A stretch of 64,000 bases of DNA from positions 23,454 through 87,453 of the forward strand of contig CAZXAN010000001.1 in the NCBI GenBank assembly GCA_964638585.1, given 5' to 3'. Both the position numbers and the translations under genes were made by a program. How positions within the stretch are numbered: position 1 is the stretch's first letter; every line of letters begins with the position of its first letter. Source of the DNA: an uncultured Candidatus Saccharibacteria bacterium. Lineage in GTDB: Bacteria; Patescibacteriota; Minisyncoccia; Phycocordibacterales; Phycocordibacteraceae. This document shows positions 25,752-35,067 of this stretch, piece after piece. The notes beneath the pieces were generated by a model. The model had not been told where the DNA came from, did no database searches, and saw only the letters and a program-made list of their open reading frames with translations.

Positions 25752-27917
25752 CTATTCTACCACGGGCCATTTGGCGATCATTAAGTATTTAGAGTCTTTC
25801 GTTGGCAGGGACTGATATATTTCTTCAGTGATGAATGGCATAAATGGGTGGAGGAGCTTAAGCGAGTTCTCCAAGATATAGTAAAGCGTCGCAGCGTATC
25901 CATCCTTGCCCTTGCTCTCCTCAATAATTTCGTCCGCAAAGCGATGCCAAAGATAGTGATAGAGTTTCTCTCCGGCCATATAAATGCGAAATTCTTCAAT
26001 GTCGTTCGTAACGTCCACAATGAGCGCATCAAATTCGGCTTTCAACTCTTCCTTAATGTCTCCCGAGCGTTCTTGTGAGAGAACAAAACGCGCGATATTC
26101 CAAAGCTTGTTCGCGAAGTGTTTGTAGCCCTTTACCTTGTCCTCGCTGATGCGCATATCTGTACCAGGAGTGTTGCCAACAACTAGCGCCATACGCGCAG
26201 CATCTGCTCCAAACTTCGCCGATACGTCAAGCGGATCCATATTGTTGCCGAGCGATTTGCTCATCTTCCTTCCAGACGCATCGCGCACAAGGCCGTGCAA
26301 GTACACTGTTTTAAACGGGATAGTGCCGAGTGTAAATTTAGTCATAAGTATCATGCGCATGACCCAGAATGGCAAAATGTCATAGCCAGTCTCCAACAAG
26401 TCAGTCGGATGATAATTAACAAAATCATTTTCTGGTCCTGGCTTGCCCCGCGTAGCTTCAGCGAAGTGGGGCCAGCCGAGAGTAGAAAACGTCCACAGAC
26501 CAGAAGAGAACCATGTGTCTAGAGTGTCCTCGTCTTGAGTCCACGTGCCCTCCATAGCTTCAGCGACGGAGGGGCCATCTCCGACTTTTATATCTTCTCC
26601 CTTGTACCAAACAGGCACGCGATGTCCGTACCATATTTGCCTACTGATGCACCAGTCGCGAAGGTTTTCTACCCAGTGTAAGTATGTTTTCTCAAAATAT
26701 TCTGGAATTATTTTTATCTCGTTAGATCGTACAGCATCTATAACAAGCTCTTTCAGCGTCTTATCACGTTCAGGAATTTTTATATTCACATCAATAAACC
26801 ATTGGAGTTTAATCTGCGGCTCGATGATACCGCCAGTTCTCTCTGCAGTAGAAATATTGTGTATGTAGTTCTCATCAACTTTAACCAACAGTCCCTTATT
26901 CTTAATCTTGTCGACGATTTTTGGACGGGCCTCTGCTATTTTCATTCCAGAAAACTCTCCGGCAGCGGGGAGAAGCCTTCCTCTCTCATCAATTATTTGC
27001 TCCCTATCAAGTTCGAATTTTTCAGCCAGCTCGAAGTCGTGTGCAGAATGCCACGGGGTGATGGTCATTGCACCCGACCCGAATTCCATATCCTGCTCCG
27101 GATCGTGTATAACCGTTGCAGTAATCGGGCCGTTGATCCACTCGAGGTCAATCTTTTGACCATGTGCAAACTGTTTGTACCGTGCATCTTTAGGATTGAT
27201 AACGACGTATTTATCACCAAACTTTGTTTCCGGTCTGACGGTGCCAATAACAAATGGTCCGTATTGAAAATAATAAAATGGCGCTTTCTCCTCAACGTAC
27301 ACAACCTCGTCGTCTGAAATAGTTGTCTGGCCCTTTGGGTCCCAGTTCACGATGCGATGTCCGCGATATATAAGGCCGGCGTCATACATCTTTTTAAATA
27401 CCGTATTCACTGCGCGATTACGCGCCGTGTCTAGTGTAAATGCTTCGCGCGACCAATCAAGCGAGGCGCCCATCGTCTTCAGTTGATTCACAATAGTGTC
27501 ATGACTCTCGCTCGCAAATTTCTCAATCCGCTTCAATAGTTCTTCGCGACCCAGTTCGTGTCTGTTTTTCCCCTCCTCTTTTTTAATCTGTTTCTCCACA
27601 ACCGACTGTGTCGCGATGGCGGCATGGTCGGTGCCTGGTACCCAGAGTGTCCTAAAACCTCGCATTCTCTTATAACGCACAAAGACGTCCTCAATCGCGA
27701 GCATCAGCGCGTGACCCATGTGGAGCCTCCCGGTCACATTTGGCGGTGGCAGAACGATTGAATATGTAGGAGCGTCGGCCGTAGTCACTCCCTGTCTCAC
27801 GCACTCGTCGGGGTTGAAGAGTCCTCTCTTCTCCCATTCGGCATAGATGCGCGCCTCGGTGGCGCTCGGGTCGTAGGGCTTTAAAAACTTCTCATCCATT
27901 GAATAAAAATATACCAT
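25752..27917 (-). CDS. valS: Valine--tRNA ligase (compact form, lacks C-terminal coiled coil)
   Basis: PPPNVTGRLHMGHA (HIGH region) and KMSKSLGN, with a class-I editing domain in between. 721 aa. Confidence 0.9.
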   Translation of the reverse strand: MVYFYSMDEKFLKPYDPSATEARIYAEWEKRGLFNPDECVRQGVTTADAPTYSIVLPPPNVTGRLHMGHALMLAIEDVFVRYKRMRGFRTLWVPGTDHAAIATQSVVEKQIKKEEGKNRHELGREELLKRIEKFASESHDTIVNQLKTMGASLDWSREAFTLDTARNRAVNTVFKKMYDAGLIYRGHRIVNWDPKGQTTISDDEVVYVEEKAPFYYFQYGPFVIGTVRPETKFGDKYVVINPKDARYKQFAHGQKIDLEWINGPITATVIHDPEQDMEFGSGAMTITPWHSAHDFELAEKFELDREQIIDERGRLLPAAGEFSGMKIAEARPKIVDKIKNKGLLVKVDENYIHNISTAERTGGIIEPQIKLQWFIDVNIKIPERDKTLKELVIDAVRSNEIKIIPEYFEKTYLHWVENLRDWCISRQIWYGHRVPVWYKGEDIKVGDGPSVAEAMEGTWTQDEDTLDTWFSSGLWTFSTLGWPHFAEATRGKPGPENDFVNYHPTDLLETGYDILPFWVMRMILMTKFTLGTIPFKTVYLHGLVRDASGRKMSKSLGNNMDPLDVSAKFGADAARMALVVGNTPGTDMRISEDKVKGYKHFANKLWNIARFVLSQERSGDIKEELKAEFDALIVDVTNDIEEFRIYMAGEKLYHYLWHRFADEIIEESKGKDGYAATLYYILENSLKLLHPFMPFITEEIYQSLPTKDSKYLMIAKWPVVE

Positions 27918-28274
27918 TACTTGAACAAATGAACGAGTTAAGGCATAGTTGTTATGGGCACAATGTGAACTAATGGAAAGGGCAGATCATGGCAGATAAC
28001 GAGACAGTCAGGTGCTTCTTGACCAACCTGTTCGAGCATCACGCGACAATTGAAGTTCCAGACGGTAAGGCGATTCAGATACCCATCGCCTATCTTCGTT
28101 CGCATACGCACGGTGGCTACACTCTGCTTCCTGGCGCCACAATAGAGCATGTGTTTAAACACAGCACTGGCGTGCGGCAGATGGTTGTGAGGGCGCCGAA
28201 GGAGTTGATCGACAGGATCCCTGCGTGACCAGCAGGAACATCGAAAAGGCCGCGGTGGCGGCCTTTTTTATTTG

Positions 28275-29501
28275 TTACGAAGTGAGTGATCGATTCCCGT
28301 CTGCTTTAAATTCTGTAGAGAACTCGCCTCTGAGTGCTCGGTAGTAGCCGGCCAGCGCAATCATGATGGCATTATCGGTAGTCAAACTAGGAGCAGGAAG
28401 CAGGAGGCGGCAAGCAGGGAATGAAGACGCCATTTCACGAGTAAAGACTCGGCGTATGTGAGTGTTCGCTGAGACCCCGCCGCCAATAACAAGCGTTTGC
28501 GCGCCAGTCTCTTCAAGCGCCTGCGCCGTCTTCTTCCACAGCACATCTGCAACCGCGTTTTCAAATTCGTGCGCTAGATGCTGTTTTTCTTCATCACTCA
28601 AATCTGGTTTATCTTTCAATAAATACAACACTGCTGTTTTCAGCCCCGCAAACGAGAAGTCGCACGTGCCCGAATCTATCATCGGCCTCGGCAATGTGAA
28701 GGGTTTCGTAAATCCTTCATCTAATGAAGGATTTACGAAACCCTTCATGAGAAGTGATTCGGACAGTTTAGAAAGTTCGGGGCCGCCAGGGTAGGGGAGG
28801 CCGAGCATGCGCGCGACCTTGTCATAGGCTTCGCCGACTGCATCGTCGCGCGTCTGACCTATGAGCTCATATTTCAACCATTCTTTCATTAGCACTAGTT
28901 CTGTGTGGCCACCAGAAATGAGAAGCGCAAGCACGGGCAATTTTATATCTTTGATTTTGAGCTCGTCGTCGCTGCCCGCCGAAGGCGGGGCGACATGATT
29001 TCGGCTTGCTAATGCCGAAATCACATGTCCTTCCATATGATTCACCGCCACCAGAGGCTTGTCCCAGACGAGCGCAAGAGCTTTCGCGAAGTTGATGCCC
29101 ACCCATAGCGCAGGTTCTAGACCTGGACCTGCTGTTACGGCTATCGCGTCTATTTCGGGCGGCTCGCATTCAGAAACGAATTCAAAAAAGACTTCTACGA
29201 GGCCGGGCTCACGCGCCAAAATTTCTGAAATTTTGGCGCGTGATTCTTCTGGTATCGCCTGAGCATCTTCATGCAGAAGTTCTGCCTCTTCGAGCGCTGC
29301 TTCCAGAATTGGTACAAGATTCTTCGCGTGCTCGCGCTTCGCGAGAGCAGGGAAGACCCCGCCGTATTCTTTATGAACTTCTATCTGCGAAATAAGTGCA
29401 TTCCCGAGCACAGAGAATGTTGCACTGGACTGGTCTCCACTGCATTCAAGAATCGCAATCGCCGTTTCATCACAACTTGTCTCAATGGCTAGGATTTTCA
29501 T
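28275..29501 (-). CDS. tsaD: tRNA N6-adenosine threonylcarbamoyltransferase
   Basis: MKILAIETSCDETAIAIL.. and a Kae1/TsaD fold throughout, plus the HMEGH metal site. The track ORF extends a further 57 codons upstream; start placed at the canonical MKIL. Confidence 0.9.
   Translation of the reverse strand: MKILAIETSCDETAIAILECSGDQSSATFSVLGNALISQIEVHKEYGGVFPALAKREHAKNLVPILEAALEEAELLHEDAQAIPEESRAKISEILAREPGLVEVFFEFVSECEPPEIDAIAVTAGPGLEPALWVGINFAKALALVWDKPLVAVNHMEGHVISALASRNHVAPPSAGSDDELKIKDIKLPVLALLISGGHTELVLMKEWLKYELIGQTRDDAVGEAYDKVARMLGLPYPGGPELSKLSESLLMKGFVNPSLDEGFTKPFTLPRPMIDSGTCDFSFAGLKTAVLYLLKDKPDLSDEEKQHLAHEFENAVADVLWKKTAQALEETGAQTLVIGGGVSANTHIRRVFTREMASSFPACRLLLPAPSLTTDNAIMIALAGYYRALRGEFSTEFKADGNRSLTS
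28697..28747. repeat. Perfect inverted repeat inside tsaD CDS (24-bp arms tgaagggtttcgtaaatccttcat, 3-nt spacer cta)
   Basis: Arms 28697-28720 and 28724-28747 are exact reverse complements, 51 bp and in frame. The repeat encodes about 17 extra residues (..MKGFVNPSLDEGFTKPF..) in a loop that is short in canonical TsaD. Confidence 0.85.
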
Positions 29502-29523
29502 AATCTGTAGTAGTATAGCTCGT

Positions 29524-30072
29524 ATGCAGAGAAATGACCTACTTGTATGGATAGACCTCGAAATGACCTCGATTCGCGACGCACGAATTGACACGATTAC
29601 AGAGATTGCGATCGTGTTAACGGACAAAGATCTAAACACGGTAGCTGAAATGGAAAATATGGTTGTACACACAGATAGAGAGTTTTACGCGTCGCGTACA
29701 TGGACCAGCGACCCGCAATTAGAAGAGTTAATTGACGAAGCTGCTGCGAGCATCATAACGCTGGAAGAAGCCGATGAGCGAGCGCGAACCTTTCTAGAAG
29801 AACATGTTACGCCTCAGTCGTCACCGCTGTGTGGCAACTCGATTCATTCAGATCGCCATTTTATGAAATTGCAGATGCCTCGGTTTGAGAGTTATCTGTT
29901 TTACCGTTGTATTGATGTGTCAAGTATTAAAGAACTCGCGCGTCGCTGGGCTCCAGCGATCTATGAAGAAGCAGAGCGCCGCAAGGGTGTGAAGCCACAC
30001 CGGGCAAAGGCGGATATTATTAATTCCATTGAAGAGCTGAAGTACTATCGAGATAATTTCTTCAAGCTATAA
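29524..30072 (+). CDS. orn: Oligoribonuclease
   Basis: LLVWIDLEMTSI.. and a DEDDh exonuclease pattern, 182 aa. Its start codon lies only 22 bp from the divergent tsaD start. Confidence 0.85.
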   Translation: MQRNDLLVWIDLEMTSIRDARIDTITEIAIVLTDKDLNTVAEMENMVVHTDREFYASRTWTSDPQLEELIDEAAASIITLEEADERARTFLEEHVTPQSSPLCGNSIHSDRHFMKLQMPRFESYLFYRCIDVSSIKELARRWAPAIYEEAERRKGVKPHRAKADIINSIEELKYYRDNFFKL

Positions 30073-30925
30073 CAGTATCGGGTTCGATAACGGTCCATGG
30101 AATCGGTGAGCCCCACGGGAGTGAGAATGCGGCGGACTTCGGATGGCCGTTGCCACCGTATTTCTGCGCTAACTCTGCCGCGTTGACTGTATTATCACTA
30201 CGAATGGACACTCGGAGGCCAGTCGCGCCTGCTCGAACAATTAGTGCAAGCGGCGGACGCTTCTCCCGTAATTGATTGCCGAGTTCCGTAATGAACATTT
30301 TCTCACCAGCCACCAGATAGCAAGTATGCCCCTCAAATGTGACCAGCTCAGCGCTACCTGCGAGCTGGTGGGAAAGTAACTTAAAATATTCCTGATACGC
30401 ACTTCCGCGTTCAACCATCTTTGAACGTTTATCCGCATCATCCATATCTCGGACAAATGCATCCCACGTATCAAAGTGCCATGGCTGCGCATATGTATAA
30501 GTGATAATTGCTCGCTCATCGTCGGGCATCATGCGAAAGAGGTCAGCATCTTCAACGTATTTAAGAAAGGTTGGGAGCGGTGTTTCTGGGTGAAAATAAT
30601 TCCAAGAAATAGAAGCACCAGAGCGATTTGAATCATAGACATGGTTCGGCATGGATTCGACAACTGCACGAATGCCCTCGTGATGATCCAGAACAACTAG
30701 AGACTTTGAGTTCTTCAATAACTCGTTCATAATCTCTTGGTCATAGCAGAAATCGACCATGTAGATTTGTTTGCCGACAATGTGCGCCGGAACGGGCTGG
30801 CCATACTTAACCGGGATATATTCTGCCGTGTCGCCAAATTTTTTCCACGCGGCGTAGGCGCCACCGAAGCCGTCAGGACATCCGCCGTGATATAGAACAG
30901 CGATTTCTTTACGATGTTCGTGCAT
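30062..30925 (-). CDS. DHH-family phosphoesterase (NrnA-like nanoRNase/pAp phosphatase)
   Basis: LVVLDHHEG is the DHH motif, and the N-terminal DHH-like domain is followed by a DHHA1-like C-terminus. Confidence 0.65.
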   Translation of the reverse strand: MHEHRKEIAVLYHGGCPDGFGGAYAAWKKFGDTAEYIPVKYGQPVPAHIVGKQIYMVDFCYDQEIMNELLKNSKSLVVLDHHEGIRAVVESMPNHVYDSNRSGASISWNYFHPETPLPTFLKYVEDADLFRMMPDDERAIITYTYAQPWHFDTWDAFVRDMDDADKRSKMVERGSAYQEYFKLLSHQLAGSAELVTFEGHTCYLVAGEKMFITELGNQLREKRPPLALIVRAGATGLRVSIRSDNTVNAAELAQKYGGNGHPKSAAFSLPWGSPIPWTVIEPDTVIA

Positions 30926-30942
30926 ATGCTTAGTGTACTTGC

Positions 30943-31824
30943 CTAGCGCACAAAACGCACGTAGATGCCGGCAGAAATAACTCGGTCGGTAGATGATTCT
31001 TTAATGTGCAGCTCGCCTGCTTCGCCGCTTATTTCTCCAAATACACTTTCAACTGCTTGTGCAAAAGAAATAGACGCATAGCCAGCCGCGTAGCCGTTTA
31101 GTAAAAAGAATGAGCCAGTAGAATCAGCTAGCAGTGAGCGGCAAGCGGTAAGCAGGGTATGCAGGTCCTCTTCTATCTTCCACACCTCTCCCTTTGCGCC
31201 ACGTCCGAAGGCCGGCGGATCTAAAATAATGCCGTCATATTTAGCCCCGCGACGTACTTCGCGCTTTACAAATGCTAGTGCATCATCCAGCATCCAACGA
31301 ATCTTATCTTCGCCTATACCAGAGAGTCTCGCGTTTTCATTTGCCCAGTCAAGAGACTGTTTGGACGCATCAACGTGCGTGACGAATGCTCCGGTACGCG
31401 CGGTAGCCACTGTCGCAGCCCCTGTATAGCCAAAGAGGTTTAAAACCTTCATCTCCGCGCGTGCCGACTTCGCGAGCCACTCCCAGTTCGGAGCCTGCTC
31501 TGGAAATATACCGACATGTTTAAAACCTGTGAGTCGAGCAATGAGCGGTAGGCCGGTGCGTATGACAGTCCACGATTCTGGCATTGATTTCTTTATCCGC
31601 CAGCTGGCGGACCCAGAACCTTTCTTTTCTTGTCCGTCAGTGGGTGTAGCAAAGACAGCGTGAGCAGAATCCCATAGCTCTGGCTTTTGCTTCTGCCAGA
31701 GCGCCTGCGTCTCTGGTCGCGCGACGACGACCTCGCCGAAACGTTCCAGCTTCATGTTGTCTCCCGAATCGAGAAGCTCATAGTCTCCGCACGATTTTGC
31801 AACTAGGTGCTGGTCCAACTTCAT
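30943..31824 (-). CDS. Class I SAM-dependent rRNA methyltransferase (RlmI/YccW-like, no PUA)
   Basis: VLNLFGYTGAATVATA (motif I) and ILDPPAF (motif IV). Confidence 0.6.
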   Translation of the reverse strand: MKLDQHLVAKSCGDYELLDSGDNMKLERFGEVVVARPETQALWQKQKPELWDSAHAVFATPTDGQEKKGSGSASWRIKKSMPESWTVIRTGLPLIARLTGFKHVGIFPEQAPNWEWLAKSARAEMKVLNLFGYTGAATVATARTGAFVTHVDASKQSLDWANENARLSGIGEDKIRWMLDDALAFVKREVRRGAKYDGIILDPPAFGRGAKGEVWKIEEDLHTLLTACRSLLADSTGSFFLLNGYAAGYASISFAQAVESVFGEISGEAGELHIKESSTDRVISAGIYVRFVR

Positions 31825-32615
31825 GGTTCGATTTTGCTCACCACAAGTAACGCTTCAGGATGTTTGCGAGACCATTCATAAAAAACGATAGCGGCTGAGA
31901 CTGCAGCATTTAATGATTCGGTCCTTGCATTCATAGGGATGTTCAAAGTGACATCACACGCATCAAGCGTCTTTTCGCGTATGCCAGCACCTTCGTTCCC
32001 GACGACAAATGCGACTGGGGCATCAAAGGCATCTGTACCAAGAGTCGCTGTGCCGTCCATCGCCAAACCATAAACCCAGAAGCCTTTTTCTTTTAGCACT
32101 TTCAGCGTGTTGTTTACATTTCCGATAGAGACGAGAGGAATGCGGAATGCCATGCCGGCCGAAGTCTTCACTACAGCCCCTGTAACACCAGCCTGATGGT
32201 GCTCGGGTATAAGAACGCCGGATAATCCAAAAGCTGCTGCAGAGCGAATGATAGCTCCGACGTTGTGCGGGTCCTGTACCTCACCGAGGACTGCGACTGC
32301 AGGATTAGATTTGATGTCAAGCTTTTCTAAAAAAGTATCAAAAGATAGGAGAAGGGCAGATGGATCCATGATAGCGATGACTCCCTGGTGGGTGGCGTCT
32401 CTCCCGACCAGCTCCTTGCCTTTGTTATGAGCCAGAGGAACGGTAGGGATGCTGTTCTGCTCCAGCAGTTTTCGCAATTCTGTCTCACGTAGATCTGGCG
32501 CTAGAAATACTTTTTTTATCACGCGTGGGGTATTAGAAAGAGCCTCCACGAGCGCATGCTTGCCGTAGATATAGACCTTCCCATCCGTATTTTTTTTGAA
32601 ACGTTTTGGTATCAC
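31821..32615 (-). CDS. rlmB: TrmH/SpoU-family RNA 2'-O-methyltransferase (RlmB-like)
   Basis: N-terminal substrate-binding domain plus a SPOUT core (..DPHNVGAIIRSAAAFG.., VGNEGAGI, ESLNAAVSAAIVFYE). Confidence 0.8.
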   Translation of the reverse strand: MIPKRFKKNTDGKVYIYGKHALVEALSNTPRVIKKVFLAPDLRETELRKLLEQNSIPTVPLAHNKGKELVGRDATHQGVIAIMDPSALLLSFDTFLEKLDIKSNPAVAVLGEVQDPHNVGAIIRSAAAFGLSGVLIPEHHQAGVTGAVVKTSAGMAFRIPLVSIGNVNNTLKVLKEKGFWVYGLAMDGTATLGTDAFDAPVAFVVGNEGAGIREKTLDACDVTLNIPMNARTESLNAAVSAAIVFYEWSRKHPEALLVVSKIEP

Positions 32616-32617
32616 AG

Positions 32618-32691
32618 TGCGCCGTGAGGAATTCGAATCCCCGACCTACCGCACGTCAAGCGGTCGCTCTAACCAACTGAGCTAACGGCGC
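32618..32691 (-). tRNA. tRNA-Val(GAC)
   Basis: Reverse complement gives GCGCCGT..TAGCTCAGTTGGTTAGAGCG..ACCGC-TTGACGT-GCGGT..GGGGATTCGAATTCCTC..ACGGCGC-A. Confidence 0.85.
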
Positions 32692-32696
32692 ATATT

Positions 32697-33389
32697 TTAA
32701 ATATTGGAACCCTTTATTACTTTCTCACAGAATCCATTAGCAATATACATCAGGCGTCGCTGTATATCCACTCGCCCGCACTCTATAAGACAGACGCCCT
32801 TATAATGCGGATAGGTAGCTTTTCCTGCCGTTCTTTTATCTAGCGATGGCTTTCCGAAGTTAGAGAGCGACAATTTGAGTTCTTTGGACCAGAATAGCTT
32901 CATCGCATGTGGATTCTGGTCCGCACGAAGATGTAGATAGCATTTGATTTTCTCTTTAGGCACACCGTAGATTTCTTGGAGACATGTAATATAGAATTTA
33001 GCAATACGATAATCTGAACTTCCAAGCGAAGTCCCAACACTTTTCTTAGAGCCTTCTCCAAGGTAGAGAAAAGCAAGTGCGAGTTCTAGCGTCGTCGTGT
33101 CGTTGGGAATATTCTTTAAGACCGTTGCCCCTATCTGAGCAGCTTTCTTTAGACGGTCGTTCTTTTGTGCGTTGTGCCACTTAACGGCCTCGACACGGGC
33201 ACTTTCAAGTCCTTGTTTCGCTCGCTGTTTCAATTTAGCCTGATGTTTTTTGGAAAGAAGTACAGAATGAAACCATCCGCTTAAGGTTGAACGAGGAATA
33301 CCCAATTCTTTCTCAATGTCTTTAATTGAATTTCCCTTGCGTCGCAGAGCGACTGCCCAAGACTTTTTATTCGCCCATCTTGAAATCAT
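32697..33389 (-). CDS. HTH-domain protein with a LAGLIDADG-like motif (possible homing-endonuclease-like)
   Basis: N-terminal HTH IKDIEKELGIPRSTLSGW, then central LALAFLYLGEGSK, which loosely matches LAGLIDADG. It lies between tRNA genes. Weak call. Confidence 0.3.
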   Translation of the reverse strand: MISRWANKKSWAVALRRKGNSIKDIEKELGIPRSTLSGWFHSVLLSKKHQAKLKQRAKQGLESARVEAVKWHNAQKNDRLKKAAQIGATVLKNIPNDTTTLELALAFLYLGEGSKKSVGTSLGSSDYRIAKFYITCLQEIYGVPKEKIKCYLHLRADQNPHAMKLFWSKELKLSLSNFGKPSLDKRTAGKATYPHYKGVCLIECGRVDIQRRLMYIANGFCEKVIKGSNI

Positions 33390-33438
33390 GTATAAATGAT
33401 ACCATCAAAGGTACGAATAAAATCGTTTTTCCACAGCT

Positions 33439-34089
33439 CTATAGCTTGCTCTTGATAATTGCCAAGGTTTCGTCGCCAGACTTGTCATAGAGCTCTCTAG
33501 ACATCACATTTATGTGTGCGAGATCTCTGTAACGTTTGAGACGTTCTCTTAGCAAAATAGGGTAGCTTCTACGTAGCGCTGATTCTTCAGATTCTTCTGT
33601 CAGTCTAGTAAAATTGCCACACCAAGCGATCGGCTTGGGCTTCTCAAAAAATAGCTCTACCAGTTTGTCTAGCGACTCGTCACCAACGTCTAGATGCACC
33701 ACCAGCGTGTTGTCGCGCAGTAGATCAAGCGTAGACGAATTAACGTGTATAACGCTACCTGTGGTGTCAAAGATAAGATTCTTGCCAGACAGACTCATCG
33801 CCACATTTTCAGTAAACTCATTTTCAAGTTCTAGATATCTGCGTTCTCTCTCTTGGTATGTAGAGCTAGTCGGATGTCCAAGCCACTCTGACATCGCCTC
33901 TTGTCCCTCAATTCCTAAAACTTTTTGTATATCGTCGTCAACCTGATACCAGAGAAAATCTTTCTCGCTCTCAAGCATTTTTGCACGATAGCTCTTACCA
34001 CAGCTCGCCATGCCGACAAAGGAGAGGCGGAGTGTGCGGGCATTTAGGTGCGCATCAAACTCTTCTGGTGTAAGAAGTTCTGGATTCAT
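33439..34089 (-). CDS. P-loop kinase-like protein (shikimate/gluconate-kinase fold)
   Basis: Walker A FVGMASCGKS, then DDDIQKVLG..E..YLELENEF.., matching an AroK/GntK-like layout. Confidence 0.4.
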   Translation of the reverse strand: MNPELLTPEEFDAHLNARTLRLSFVGMASCGKSYRAKMLESEKDFLWYQVDDDIQKVLGIEGQEAMSEWLGHPTSSTYQERERRYLELENEFTENVAMSLSGKNLIFDTTGSVIHVNSSTLDLLRDNTLVVHLDVGDESLDKLVELFFEKPKPIAWCGNFTRLTEESEESALRRSYPILLRERLKRYRDLAHINVMSRELYDKSGDETLAIIKSKL

Positions 34090-34094
34090 AACTA

Positions 34095-34166
34095 TGACCC
34101 TACCGGGAGTCGAACCCGGGTTTAGAGCTTGAAAAGCTCTCGTCCTAACCGTTAGACGATAGGGCC
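34095..34166 (-). tRNA. tRNA-Glu(TTC)
   Basis: Reverse complement gives GGCCCTA..GTCTAACGGTTAGGAC..AGAGC-TTTTCAA-GCTCT..CCGGGTTCGACTCCCGG..TAGGGTC-A. Confidence 0.8.
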
Positions 34167-34228
34167 TTTGCGCACTGGTTTATCCTAGCATTTTCGTGTT
34201 CAAATGCTAGAATCGCGATACAAGGCAA

Positions 34229-34315
34229 GGAGGCGTGGCAGAGTGGTCGAATGCGCTAGTTTCGAAAACTAGTATGCTCGAAAGGGTATCGGAGGTTCGA
34301 ATCCTCCCGCCTCCG
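34229..34315 (+). tRNA. tRNA-Ser(CGA), long variable arm
   Basis: GGAGGCG..GCAGAGTGGTCGAATGCGC..CTAGT-TTCGAAA-ACTAG, long variable arm, GGAGGTTCGAATCCTCC..CGCCTCC-G. Confidence 0.85.
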
Positions 34316-34328
34316 CATTGATAAAACT

Positions 34329-35027
34329 TTAACGGATGGCCTCCCAACCGGCGTGCTTGAGAACGCGTTTTGGCAGTCCTGCCTGCATATTTATGAAGAA
34401 CATTTTCAAGTAACCTTTTTGGATAAAACGGCGCGCAGAGGTGACTACTTGGTCTGTGTTTATAAAAAAATATTTACCATATTTTGCTAGATCTCTTGAA
34501 TATTTCAAGTCTTCTCCGGAGACAAGTTCTTCGTCATACTTTACTTTGTACAACAAATCTTTACGCACTATGTGAGCGCGGTGCATTATCTTTATCAACT
34601 TGTCAGTTACGTTTGTGTACCATGACCAGAACTTGCCTGTGCGAGAGTAGTCATCTAGAATCACTTCTGTTGTGCCGTATCCTACGAGCGGATTGGCATC
34701 TAGATATGCATTAATCTCGTTCAAGACATTTCTTTTTAAAAAAGTGTCTGCGTCTAGCAATATCGCCCACTCCACAGAGGGAGAACATTTGTTAACACCG
34801 AAGTTACGCGCTCTTGATACACCTTTTTCAGATTGGTATACATGACAATTATCTGACTCGTACTTCTTAGCTATTGAGAGAGTAGCGTCGGTTGAACCGT
34901 TTTCTACCAGAACAATCTCGTATTTATCTTTGGGATAATCTATAGAAATGAGGCAATCTAGAGTCTTGCCTATAATGCGCTCTTCGTTGTGTGCGGGGAC
35001 TATAATTGAGAAGAATCTAGTGTGCAT
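34329..35027 (-). CDS. Family 2 glycosyltransferase
   Basis: IIVPAHNEE..LVENGSTD..LLDADT carries the GT-A DxD signature. Confidence 0.8.
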   Translation of the reverse strand: MHTRFFSIIVPAHNEERIIGKTLDCLISIDYPKDKYEIVLVENGSTDATLSIAKKYESDNCHVYQSEKGVSRARNFGVNKCSPSVEWAILLDADTFLKRNVLNEINAYLDANPLVGYGTTEVILDDYSRTGKFWSWYTNVTDKLIKIMHRAHIVRKDLLYKVKYDEELVSGEDLKYSRDLAKYGKYFFINTDQVVTSARRFIQKGYLKMFFINMQAGLPKRVLKHAGWEAIR

Positions 35028-35067
35028 TATGTTACTATAACTTGACTCACGCCTATGCGCTATCGCA

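Noticed and set aside
25848-27317. Multiple plus-strand ORFs (75-171 aa) inside valS, and similar antisense ORFs inside gyrA, topA and rpoD
   Set aside because: They are antisense to long, well-supported housekeeping genes. Apart from the palindrome cases listed as findings, they show no motifs or ribosome-binding sites and are expected by chance in genes of 2 kb or more.
29502-29672. 57-codon N-terminal extension of the tsaD ORF
   Set aside because: TsaD universally begins at MKILAIETSCDE. The extension would overlap orn on the opposite strand.
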